A DNA stretch of 64,000 bases from Squalus acanthias (Eukaryota): the NCBI GenBank assembly GCA_030390025.1, contig CM059431.1, positions 144,276,001 to 144,340,000 on the forward strand, written 5' to 3'. This document shows positions 35,595 through 48,009 of this stretch, one piece after another. Position numbers and translations under genes: made by a program. The notes below the pieces were generated by a model. It did no database searches, was not told the DNA's origin, and saw only the letters and a list, made by a program, of their open reading frames with translations. Each line of letters starts with the position of its first letter. Position 1 is the stretch's first letter.

Positions 35595-37770
35595 ACCTGA
35601 TAGATTGGGGAATGTTACTCAAAGGTTTGACGGTGGATAGGCATGGCAAACATTCAAAGATCGCATGGATGAACTGCAGAATTTGTTCATCCCTGTCTGG
35701 CATAAAAATAAAACAAGAAAGGTGACTCAACCATGGCTGACAAGGGAAATTAGGGATAGCATAAGATCCAAGGAGAGGACATATACATTTGCCAGAAAAA
35801 GCAGTAAACCCGAGGATTGGGAGCAGTTTAGGATTCAGCAAAGCAGGACAAAGGGATTAATTAAGAGGGGGGAAATAGATAACGAGCGTAAGCATGCAGG
35901 GTACATAAAAACTGACTAAAAGCTTTTATAAATATGTGAAGAAAAAGAGATTGGTGAAGTCAAGCGCAGGTCCCTTGCAGTCAGAATCAGGGGAATTTAT
36001 AATGGGGAACCAGGAAATGATAGACCAATTAAAAACATATTTTGGCTCTGTCTTCACAAAGGAGAACACAAATTACCTCCAAGAGATGTCGGGGAACATA
36101 GGGCCTAGTGAGAGGGAGGAATTGAATGAAATCAGTATTTGTAGGGATATGGTGTTAGGGAAATTGACGGGATTGAAGGCCGATAAATCCCCAGGGCCTG
36201 ATAATCTACATCCCAGGGTACCTAAGGAAGTCGCCCCAGAAATAGTAGATGCATTGCTGGTCATCTTCCAAAATTCTATTGACTCTGGAACAGTTCCCAT
36301 GGATTGAAGGATAGCTAATGTAACCCCACTATTTAAAAAAGGTGGTAGAGTGAAAACGGGAAATTATAGACCGGTAAGCCTGACATCGGTGTGTGGGGAA
36401 AATGCTAGAGTCCATTATAAAAGATGTAATAGCTGAGCACTTGGAAAACTGTGACAGGATTGGACAAAGTCAACATGGATTTACAGAAGGTAAATCATGC
36501 TTAACTAATCTACTGGAATTTTTTGAGGATGTAACTGGTAGAATAGATAAGGGAGAACCAGTGGATGTGGTGTATTTGGACTTTCAGAAGGCTTTTGATA
36601 AGGTCACGCTAAGAGATTAGCATGCAAAGTTAAAGCACACAGGATTGCGGGTATGGTACTGTCTTGGATAGAGAACTGGTTGGCAGACAGGAAGCAAAGA
36701 GTTGGAATAAACGGGTCTTTTTACGACTGTCAGGCGTCGACTAGTGGGGTACCGCAGGGATCGGTGCTAGGACCCCAGCTATTCACAATATATATAAATG
36801 ATCTAGACGAGGGAACTAGATGTAATATCTCCATGTTTGCAGACGACACAAAGCTGGGTGGGCAAGTGTGCTGTCAGCAGGATGCAGAGAAACTCCAGTA
36901 CGATTTGGACAGTTTGGGTAATTGGGAAGATGCATTGCAAATGCAGTATAACGTGGATAAATGCGAGGTTATCCACTTCGGTGGCAAAAACAGGAAGACA
37001 GCTTATTATCTGAACGGCAATAGATTAGGAAAAGGGGAAGTGCAACGAAACCTGGGTGTCCTTGTGCACTAGTCGTTGAAGGTAAGCATGCAGGTGAAGC
37101 AGGCGGTTAAGAAGCCAATTGGTATGTTGTCCTTCATAGCGAGAGGATTCGAGTACAGGAGCAAGGATGTCTTGCTGCAGTTGTGCAGGGCCTTGGTGAG
37201 ACCAAACCTTGGTAATTGTGTGCAGTTTTGGTCACCTTATCTGAGGAAGGATGTTCTTGCCATGGAGAGAGTGCAGCGAAGATTCACCAGACTGATACAT
37301 GGGATGGCAGGAATGACGTATGCGGAGAGATTGGGTCGATTAGGCTTATACTCGCTGGAGTTTAGAAGAATGAGAGGGGATCTCATTGAAATGTATAAAA
37401 TTCTATCAGGACTAGACAGTCTAGATGCAGGAAGGATGTTCCCGATGGCGGGGGATTCCAGAACCAGGGGTCACAGTCTAAGGATAAGTGGTAAGCCACT
37501 TAGGACTGAGATGAGGAGGACTTTCTTCACCCAGAGAGTGCTGAACCTGCGGAATACTCTACCATACAAGGCAGTGAGGCCAATTCATTTAATATATTCA
37601 ACAAGGAGTTAGATATATTTCTTTAGGCTAAAGAGATCAAGGGCTCTGGGGAGAAAGCAGTGACAGGGTACTGAATTTGGATGATCAGCCATGATCTCAT
37701 TAAATGGCGGCACAGGCTCGAGGGGCTGAATGGCCTACTCCTGCTCCTATTTTCTATGTTTCTATGTTTC
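35595..37770 (+). mobile_element. 5'-truncated CR1 LINE (most of ORF2 and 3'UTR)
   Basis: KSPGPDNLHPRV, SQHGFTEGKSCLTNL, SGVPQGSVLGP, MFADDTKLGG and a TTCTATGTTTCTATGTTTC tail. Confidence 0.95.
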
Positions 37771-37819
37771 AGCTAACAGCACAAGCTGATGGTTGGATTG
37801 TGGGGCCTCCCAGCATTGT

Positions 37820-38580
37820 TTGGGTTTCAGATTAAATGGTAGGACACTGTGTAGCGTAGAGGAACAAAGGGTCCCTGGAGTGCATGTCCACAGATCCCTG
37901 AAGGTAGCAGGCCAGGTAGATAAGGTGGTTAAGAAGGCATACGGAATGCTAGCCTTTATTAGCCGTGGCATAGAATACAATAGCAGGGGGGTTATGCTTC
38001 AACTGTATAAAACACTAGTTGGGCCTCAGCTAAAGCACTGCATGCAGTTCTGGTCACCAAAATGCAGGAAGGATGTGATTGCACTAGAGAGGATACAGAG
38101 GAGATTTATAAGGATGTTGCGGGGAGTAGAGTATCTTAGTTATGAGGAAAGACTGGATAGGCTGGGTCTGTTTTCCTTGGAACAGAGGAGGCTGAAGGGA
38201 GACCTTATTGAGGTGTATAAAGTTATGAGGGGCATATATAAAGTGAATAGAAAGGACCTATTTCCCTTAGCAGAGGGGTCAGTAACCAGGGGGCACAGAT
38301 TTAAAATAATTGGGGGAAGGTTGAGAGGGGATTTGAGGGGAATTTTCTTCACCCAGATGGTTGTGGGGGTCTGGAACTCACTGCCTGATAGGGTGGTAGA
38401 GGCAGGAACCCTAACCACATTTAAAAAGTACTTGGGTGTGCATTTGGGATGCTCTTAGCTGCAGGGCTACGGACCAAGAGCTGGGAAGTGGGATTAGGCT
38501 GGATAGATCTTTATTGGCCGGCGCGGACACGATGGGCCGAAAGGGCCTCCTTGCGTGTTGTAACTTTCTATGATTCTACG
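37820..38580 (+). mobile_element. CR1 3' fragment
   Basis: ORF 37793-38458: KKAYGMLAFISRG...LGLFSLEQRRLKGDLIEVYK...WNSLP. Confidence 0.92.
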
Positions 38581-38594
38581 TTTCGACATGGTTG

Positions 38595-39530
38595 ACATCA
38601 GCTAACTGAGCACACATCGGGGACGGAGCCTGCTCTGTCTGGCTCAGTATCACACCAAGTGAGATCAAAAATTCAGCACAGATCTGTAATAAAGCCTGCG
38701 CCCAATCTGCTCAACCTGCGGCCCAATACCAAACGCGATCAGTTCAGTTAGCTCCGCACTGGCTCTTCCTGATCTGGGAAGGAGCTCATTACTACTCATT
38801 AGATAACAGCATACGCTGGGAAAGTAACATAGGCCCTTCTTGGCCTTTTATCGAACCAGCATCACACCGGATGAGATGAGCTAACAGCCCAGGCTGCGGG
38901 TGGACACTGGAGCCATACAGCTCTGAGTGGGCCTCGGTACCACAATGGTTGAGATCAGCTAACTGTACAAGCCGGGGATTGAACTCGGGCCCTCCCTGCT
39001 CTGTGAAAGTCTCAGTAACACAGAGGTCGAGGTCAGCTAACTATATAAGCCGGGGATGGAACTTGGGCCCTCCCTGCTCTGTGAACTTCTCAGTAACACA
39101 GAGGGTGAGATCAGGTAGTTCGGCACAGGGCGGGGATCATGCCAGGGCTCCTCCTTCTCCACGTTGGTCTAAGTAACAAGCATGGCAATGATGGAACCTT
39201 TGTCCTTCCCGTTCTGTTTGGAGCTCAGTACCATACTGGGTGATATCAGCTGAATCAGCACTGTCCGCGGCACGAACCCGGGCCCTATCTGCTCTGTTTG
39301 TGACTCCGTACAACACCTTGTGAAATCAGTTAAATTAGTATCGGAGGGGATTCCATGATGGGCTCATTATCACACTGGCTGGGATCAGTTAAGTCAGTAA
39401 AGGGCGTTATTGTATCCTGTCCTATTCATCTCCATGATGGGCTCAGTACCACACTGGGTGAGATCAGCTAATTCAGTACTTGCCGAGAATGGAGCCTGGG
39501 TCACTCCTGCTCTGTGTGGGTCAGTAATTC
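38595..39530 (-). repeat. 78-bp satellite, second array (~12 units), inverted relative to 27945-30265
   Basis: GAGATCAGCTAAC...GGGGATGGAACTTGGGCCCTCCCTGCTCTGTG...CTCAGTACCACAC is the reverse complement of the first array's unit. Confidence 0.88.
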
Positions 39531-41084
39531 AGCATGTATGGTAGAACCACACTGCACGTTATAATGCACTTTTGTCCATGGCTAAAACCTGTTGTTCATG
39601 TGTGATCCTCCTAAGTTTGGCCTCTTGATCTTTACATACTGCAAGTAAATAATGTCTTCGCCGTGAGTGTGTTTATTTCTGGTGTCCGACGTCATTCATT
39701 ACTCAAACAGAAACTATTGTATTTCTATAAGCCAAACCTGGAAAGCCATGCAAGTACCAGTATACAGGGGGTTCAGTCCTGCTATATCATGTAAGGATAA
39801 AATAAATAGCTCTGGCCTAATCGATCTCTGTGTATTGCGAGATATAATTGCATTTGAATGTAGGATTTTGCTAGAAAAGACCAGATTTCATAACCCTTAC
39901 AATAGATCATTAAATGTCTCTACAACAGAGGAATTTCATCTCACTCCTGTCACTCTACTATCAGAGGGTCATCATTATTATTGACTATATCGTTTTGTTT
40001 TGTGAGGATACTGTGTTTGCATGCACTAACAGTTGCACTTTTCCCGCCAGTTTGCAGCTATTGCAGTCAATTGGGAGGTAATCGAGTTGTTTTCTGATGG
40101 AGAGCAGTACCGTAGAAACTAAACTGATCGCCGACAGTGAGCATTGGGATGTAGATTTAACTCAATTCTTCTTTTGGCACCTGAATCATCAATTCAAGCA
40201 GAGATGGTGTCAATGTGTGCCCAGACTGCTTACAGTTGGGTTATATACTCAACTAGTTAATGTTCTTATCATAGAAGGTTAAGGCAGAAATACCCGTCCA
40301 TTGGCCCATTCAGTCTGTGCCGGGAAAGAGTAGCCTGGTTCCAGCTAGACAAAGAGAAGCGAGTTTACCTGTGGACGATCTGGGTTTCTGCCATTTCTGC
40401 ACAAGCAACCCCGCCCCCCACCCCCCCACACACACACACCTGGGAGGAAACCTCAGCCTTGAATATTAACCAGTCTGACGTAAGATAAGTAACTCGCGTG
40501 TGTTGGTGTGAGGGACAGTGTGAAGCCAGGACAGGCAACTGTAACCTATGTGAGTCCACATGGGTCAGTAATTGTGTTTGGAATGCTTGAACATGGTAAT
40601 GGGTTTACACAGATGTAGTGATCCGACAAAACAAAATCCATCTTGTTAATCAGGGCGGAAGTTGGGTTACTTTTATTGCAAAAGTACATTCCGTCTTATG
40701 TCCTTGATCTTTGAGTTGACACTCTTATTATCCTAAATAATATGGACGTATCACAATAAGGTTTTGTTTCTAGTTCACGGAACTGTCTCATGTTCAGCCT
40801 TGCAAAGGAATAATAAGACAACAGATCAGTCTGTTTGTTTATTTCCTGAAATCGACCACTACCTCGAACTTTATACTTGAGAGGCGATTTACAGGGAATT
40901 GCAAAGAATCCACTTGAAGAATCGCACATAACACAACGGAAAACAGGCTAAAATAATATTAAAGATTAAACTTCTAAAAGGAGCAAGGAAGAGATCAAGG
41001 TAAAACTGGAGGGACTCGGATGTGAGGTTTCGGTCGTGGCCTCGCTCAGAGCGGGTGAAAGACCTGAAAAATGTCGACATTGCC

Positions 41085-41980
41085 AGAAGCTGGGATAGTT
41101 CTCCATAGAGCAGAGAATGTTCAGGGGAGATTTAATAGAGGAGTTCAAAATTATGAGGGGTTTGGATTAAATAAGGAGAGATTGTTTCCACTGGCAGGAG
41201 GGTCAGTAATCAAAGGACACAGTTTGCCGTTAATTGGCAAATGTTCCAGAGAGGAGCTGAAGAGATGCTTTTTTTTTACATAGCGAGCTGTTACGATCTG
41301 GAATGCATTGCCTGAAAGGGTAATGGAAGCAGATTCAATAATAATTAAAATATTGAAAGTATACAGCTCCTTTCACTAACCCAGGACGTCCTAAAGCGCT
41401 TCACAGCATATAAGATACTTTTGAAGCGTAAACACTGTTGTCATGTAGGGGGCAGGACACCCATTGTACACAGCCAGGTCTCACAAATAACCATGAGATG
41501 ATGACCAGATAATCTGTTTCATTGATGCTGGTTGAGGGATGAATATTATTCAGGACACTGTGGATACCTCCTCTGCGCTTTTCAAAATAGTGCTGTGGAA
41601 TCTTTTCTGTCCTCCTGAGAAGGCAGACGGGGCCTCGATTTATCGTCCCATCCCAAAGACCGCACCGCCGACAGTGCAGCACACACTCAGTACTGCATTG
41701 AGATGTCAGCATAGATTTTGCGTTCAAGTCTATAGCGGGATTTTAAACCACTACCATCTGATTCAGAGATGAGAGAGCTACCACAGAGCCACTGCTGATA
41801 CCTTTATAAATATAGTAACTTTCAAAAGGGAACTGGATATATATGTGAAAATTCAAGGTTTGCTTGGCTGTGAGGAAAGAATAGGGGAGTTGAACTTATT
41901 GGTTAACTAGTTCGTAGAGCCGGGAGGGGCATATTAGGCCGCATGGTCTCCTGATGTGCTTTCTGATTATATGATTCTAG
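41085..41980 (+). mobile_element. CR1 3' end split by a minus-strand Deu-SINE (41370-41800)
   Basis: The CR1 text ...GAAGCAGATTCAATAATAA resumes as ATAGTAACTTTCAAAAGGGAACTGGAT at ~41812. Confidence 0.75.
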
Positions 41981-42399
41981 GCCGCTTGCGTTGCCCGCAA
42001 TTTTCCACCCAATAATGTAAATGGAATTAAAGCTGACGAAACGCATCCATAATTTTCCAAAAATCCGCCAGTTGTGCGTGTGAGACTCCGGCAGTGGTGC
42101 AGGTCTGGGAGATGGGGTGCAGGTCTGGGAGATCCCAGCGCTGGAGTAGAAAAGCAGAATGTGGTTAAGAAAGAACTAATGGGTGTGAAATTAAAAGAGA
42201 ATAGGGAACACCGTAGGACCAAGACAGTATGCAGGGAGCGATGTTAATGATTAAGGAAAAGCGTTTTAATTATCCAATGAATCTAACAGGTAGATAGTAA
42301 GGACCAGCAAAGGACGTTTTGGTAAATATTCGGACTAGAATACAAGTGAATCATTGAAGGCTTGTATGAGAGGCAGCGAGCAAGGCTTTTTTTTAAATG

Positions 42400-43720
42400 T
42401 GCTACGTTATCCAACCGCACAACATGGAAATCTGGAATCCAGGGACCCAGACACCACGTGATAAAGGAATGGGGACTGACAGGAGTGACGGTTTACTGAC
42501 ACTGCTTCAAGTTTCCTCAATTAGGGAAGATTCCTGAGGATCCAACAGCGGCTGATATAATCCTAGTGTTTAAATTAAGGCCAGGAGAGAGCTAGTAGAT
42601 GAACACCTGGGAGTGGAGCAATGTAAAAGGGAATTATATTGGTTTGAGGGGCGATGTGTCATCTTTAACGAACCTGCTGGAGTTTCTGAAACACATCACT
42701 GTCCTGTAGGGCAGGGGAAATGCAGTGGGAATGACCCAGTCTGATTTTAATAAAGCAGCGGACAAGGTTCCGCATCTACAAACGGTGAGCAATTATGGGA
42801 TGGGTGGGAGATCTGGCGCTGCACAGAGAGCTCATTACAAAATGAAAGTAGGTTATCGACAAAAGGGAACATTTACGACTATAATGGATGGATGACGATT
42901 AAACCTCTGGAATCTTCCTCGGCAACAGTTTATTTTTATGAATTTCTTTAATAGAATCACAACGGGGATGAGGGTATGTAAGAAAAAAAAATGAAACTGA
43001 TACCAACAAACCGTAGAGTTTTATTGGCTGGAGTTAGGCCATTCTATCTGTACTGGTTCTTTGATACAGCAATCAAAAACTATCCATACTGTCCCCCTCT
43101 CTCCACAGGCATTTATCTTCCTCTGCTTCAAATATTCATTCAACTTTCCCTTAACTATTCCCTGATGCAAAACATTGCTTTTTCCAGCAGCTCTTTGCAT
43201 AAAGAAGTTTCTGCTAACCTCTCTGCTCATTCCCTCTGTGATCATTTTAAGTCTATCACCTTTTATCACTCACTCAACAACTAGATGAAATTATCCCTCC
43301 ATCTACACTCTGCCAATATTGTTCATAATTTCTAAAATCCTCGATTGAATATCCTCTTAGCTTTCGCTGCTCCAGTGCAAACTGTTCCAATATCTTGCCG
43401 CTCATCACCAGTATAGTCCTGATCCACGGCACCATCCTGGTGTATCTACACTGCTCAGTGGATTTAATGGCCTTTCCAAAATGAGGGACTGAATCTGTAC
43501 CTGGTGTTGTAACGGCGCCCTCATCAACATTTTGTCAAAGTTTATCATCACTTACTTTTTTCTGTTCATCTATGCCCATGTCTATAAAACTCAAATTTCT
43601 GTAGGTTTATTCATGCACTTATCTACCCGCATAAGTGCTTTTATGCAATTAAGCATTTGGTCCGCTATAGCTCGCTGTTATCCACACCCATCAGCTCCTT
43701 CACATTGAGATTTTGCTCCC
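42400..43720. mobile_element. Two old, decayed CR1 fragments (+ 42400-42900, - 43015-43720)
   Basis: Degenerate KSPGPD, LTNLLEF and DFNKA.DKVPH remnants on +. Degenerate CR1 3' end on -. Confidence 0.55.
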
Positions 43721-44716
43721 ATTCCTTGGAGTTTCTCTCACAATCAGGGGAGATCACCGATCTACAATTTGTAACTGATTCAAAGTTGTTGGTATTTTTA
43801 CTTATTATTTGGAACAATATGTAACCTCATAATAAGATGGCAATGACCAAAGATTCTTTCTGACTACCTGCAAATGTTCAAACAAACACAGATTACTTAA
43901 TATCAGTTATATTTTTGAAGAATTTCTGGCAGTGTTTTTAACAGGTCACTTGCAACAATTGTAATAGTTCATAATTTTATGAAGAATCATTCATTTTACA
44001 TTCCTTTACTTTTATTTGGGAGACTGATTGAGAGAATATCAATAATATTATTCATGACAGTTTTATGGGCAGCACAAAACTGTAGCAGACTCCATCTTTG
44101 TGCGGAGTGAGAGACACCAGTCAGCGCACAATCGAAATTTTAAGTCAGTATCTGGGACAAAAGAGGTGAAAGGTCACATCGATGAGCCGAGTTCCGACAG
44201 TTTTCGCCATTCGTACACTGATCACGTCACAAGAGCCCGCTTTATTTGTCAATGAGTAATGGAGTGCGATTGAGAGACCCGCGCCTGCAATATTCACACC
44301 AAACTTCCAGGAAAGTTACCAATATCGGCGATCGCAAGACCTTTGATTTTTTCGGCACCCAATGAAATATTGTTGATGATTTTAACCTGGAGCGCTCGAT
44401 CCCAGTACCTGCAGTGTAAGGTGGATTCCTCTGTTGCCCACATGTCCGACTCCACTGCGGAACCTCATAATTGTTATCTTTGATCCCTGCACCTGAAATG
44501 CGCTAAATCTGCAGGAATAAGTTATGTTTACTCAGGGAAAGATGCGGGAAAAAACTAAAGCAATGCAGACATCAAACGCATGCCACAAAATGGAAGATAT
44601 GTTTATACAAGAACTTTACCATTTTTCACATTAACGGAAAGAAGGACATTCTACGGTGGGAAAGTAATTGAAATTGGGCTTTACTTATGAAGAAGCTTTC
44701 GTTTGCCGTCTTCATT

Positions 44717-46122
44717 CTATTCAGATTTTCTAACCAACCTTAGAATCAGTGTCCAGGGAGATTTCAACACATTCTTCAGCTCTAGTCTGAATTTCCTCTG
44801 GGTCGCTGCATAAATACACGGGTTTTGAAAACCACTTAAAAATTTTAACATGATTCCAGTTTCAGTGGCGATATATCCAGGGTCTGTGCGGTCACCTCGG
44901 TAATAAGTGGGGTTTGTCAGTCTGGTAGTTGTCAAAGTCACGGCGGCAGTCAGCCACAACAATATAAAACTGCCCGATACAGTGAACAGTAAAATTATGG
45001 ATTTCCTTCGGTTCCCCATCTCTGTATCGCTCTGATTTTGACTCCTGTATCCCCGGAGTCCCTTGCGGGCTCTGTTGGCCACTAATATACGTCTGACTGT
45101 CAAATAATTTAACAAGACAATTAAAGTTAAAGGAAGCCAAACGCCCCAGGCGCTGTGAAACCAGAGGTAGGCTACACCTGGAGGTGACGAAAAAAAAGCC
45201 ACACTGTTCTGGCAGCCCCACTGCACATTGTTAATTATTTGTTCAGGTTCAAAAGCAAAAAAAATGGGAATGTCCTTTAAAACGATTAGCACCGTGAACG
45301 TTGTTATAACCGCGGCCGCAGTTCTCTTGGTGCAATAATTTACTTTAAACTTCTGGCAGCAGATAACTACAAATCGATCAAATGTGAAGGAGACAGTGAA
45401 CCAAACAGACATATCGAGGTTGACAGCAGTCATGTATAGAATGAATTTACACCCGAGAGTGTGGGACAGGAATGAAAGTGGAAAGTGATAGCATAAAACA
45501 TGATACACTATTACATTGAAGATCATGATCAGTAGATCAGCTGTTGCCATGGCCACCATGTAGACAGAGATACACTTGGAAAGGCCGCAGTTTCCTCGGG
45601 AGAGAATCACAATTGTCACCAAGTTCGCTGTAAGAAAGAGGAGAAAAATAATGTTCCAGTGTCTGATTGAAATGTATATGGAGGTACCTGTCGAGAGCAT
45701 TTTAATTAGTCATGTGATTATCAACATGGAGCAGTGTGAGAACAGGATTAGTATTGGAGCCATTACCTGGGAAACCCACCCACACATTTTAATGAGTTGC
45801 TGCAGTGCTCACTCTGCACGGGGGGATAAGACGGTCCGGAAATCTGCTAAAATCCATGTATTGGAGCTTCAAAGAACATTGTAACATCAGAGAGGTTATC
45901 GGATTACACAGAACACGTGATTCACAAGTTGCTTCCGATATCTGCCACAGTGTAATGCTGACATCTGCAAAAAAAGTTACTTTCTCAAACAGGCTGCATG
46001 TACATGGATACAGTTAAACTCGATTAACAACAAACAGTTTACAATGTCTCACCAGGTACACCGAAGGCTGCGAGAATGGGGTAGTAAATCTCTTTTATCA
46101 GCAGCATCTCTAGTTGCCCCAT
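44717..46122 (-). CDS. GPR139/GPR142-like class A GPCR, apparently intact, 326 aa (exon 1 46122-46053, exon 2 45627-44717)
   Basis: Exon 1 MGQLEMLLIKEIYYPILAAFGVP-G|GTGAGA. Phase-1 acceptor ctcctctttcttacag|CGAAC. Motifs AMATADL, TFDRFVVICC, ECL2 QWGC and QNPCIY. Confidence 0.9.
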
Positions 46123-46569
46123 TTTCTGTGAGAATGGATGAATTCTGTAGGAGATGAAAGACTCTGACTGGCGCACGACTGAGGCAATGGAAGAGAAGCT
46201 ATATTTATCCACACATCAATCCTCCAGGGAGTCAATCAGGTTAAATCTTAATTAACATTAGTTACAGTCATTTAACAAATAGACTCAGGCAAGTTTTTAT
46301 TGTCTGACACGTCAGATTAAACTAAATAGAAGAAATTGTTATTGGAAAGTTTAATAAACACATGCATAATTCAACATTATTTACAATTAGAGAGTTCAAT
46401 CTGCCAGTACTGCTGCTGCCCCTCTTACGACAGGAGCAGTGAAGGCAACTCCCCCAGCACTACACGCCGTGACCCAATCCTTGACTTAGTCTTATTGCTC
46501 CAACCCCTCCAGAATAGGCGGTGAACCAAATCTTGCGGTATTTGTTATGACGGCAGTCATGTGGTATTA

Positions 46570-47830
46570 AAGTTAACCGTGTTCCTCTGGTAGTTGTAGT
46601 AAACCCACACTTACACTAGAGCTGAGAGTGCTTCTCCTGTATGTGTGGACGCCCTACACTTAAACTAGAGGTGACCGTGCTACTCCGGTGCTATTGGTAC
46701 CCCTGCACTTACAATTGCGACAACACGGTGGCATAGTGGTTAGCACTGTTGCTTCACAGCACTAGGGACCCGGGTTCGAATCCGGCCTCGCGTGACTGCC
46801 TGTGTGGAGTTTGCACGTTCTCCCCGTGTCTGCGTGGGTTTCCTCCGTGTGCTCCGGTTTCCTCCCACAGTCCAAAGATGTGAGGGTTATATTGATTTGG
46901 CTATGATAAATTGACCCTTAGTGCTAGGGTGGGGTATGTGTCGGTGCAGGCTCGATGGGCCGAAATGGCCTCTATCTGCACTGTGGGGATTCTGTGATTG
47001 TGAATAGAGGAGATAGTGGTCCCCCTAAACTTACACTAGAGGAGACAGGCTCCTTCAGCACTAGTGGGACACTACACTTATACTCGAGGTGATGTTGCTC
47101 CTTCGGTACTAACGATTCCCCAGCACTTAGACTAGTGCTGGACGTGAACGTCCTGTTCTGGTGATTCCCCACACTTACACCAGCAGTGCTCCTGCTTCCA
47201 CTGTACGAATGGTACCTCTACAAATACACTAGAGGTGACCATGCTAGAGCAGTGGTAGTGGAAACCCCACACTTGTAGTGACAGTGCTCTTATGATATTA
47301 GTGGTAACCTGCAATTACACACGAGCTGACCGTGCTCCTCTGGTACTCGAGCTAGCCCTACACATACAATAGAGGTGGCCATGCTCCTCCTGTAATAGTG
47401 GTAATCCTATAGTTATATTAGAGGTAACAATACACCTCTGGGTCTAGTGGTAAACCTGTACTTACACTAGAGGAGACAAGTACGCCTTCGATATTAGTGA
47501 TACCCTACACTTATACTAGATGTGACAGTACTACACCTGTAAATGTGGTGTCCATACAGTTACGCTGGTAGTGGCAGTGCTCTTCAGGTATTAGTGGCAG
47601 CGTACATTTACACTAGAGCTGACCGTCCTCCTCCGGTACCAGCAGTACCCCAACACTTACACTAGTGGTGAACGTGGTCGTGCGGTACTAGTCGTTCCCT
47701 CTCTTACATCAGCGGTGATTCTGCTTCTAACCCTACACATACACTAGATGTGACCGTGCTCCTCTGGTAATACGGTGTCTACAGTAGCACCAGACGTGAC
47801 AATGCTCTTCCACTGCTATAGCTAATTCTA
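46570..47830. repeat. 49-bp minisatellite (CCTACACTTACACTAGAGGTGACCGTGCTCCTCTGGTACTAGTGGTAAC), interrupted by a V-SINE
   Basis: ACTTAMA at 46609, 46658 and 46707 gives period 49. The array continues over 47005-47830. Confidence 0.85.
46717..47003 (+). mobile_element. V-SINE (HE1-like tRNA-derived SINE with a CR1-type tail)
   Basis: A-box GGTGGCATAGTGG, B-box GGTTCGAATCC, V domain TGTGTGGAGTTTGCACGTTCTCCCCGTGTCTGCGTGGGTTTCCTCC and tail GATGGGCCGAAATGGCCTC. Confidence 0.92.
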
Positions 47831-48009
47831 TTCCTGTTCATGGCCCCACTCTTGTTGCAGTGTCGGAGACCCATCGACTGCACTACTGGCGAGGACTCTG
47901 CTTTTTCAGCACTGTTGTAATACCTACTGCTGGGAAATAATTATTGAGCAGTTTTACAGCACCAGTGGTAGACCTACTAGGGGACACAAGAAAAATACAA
48001 GGACATAAT

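Noticed and set aside
46717..46800. tRNA gene
   Set aside because: The A and B boxes belong to a V-SINE head that continues into the V domain and CR1-type tail.
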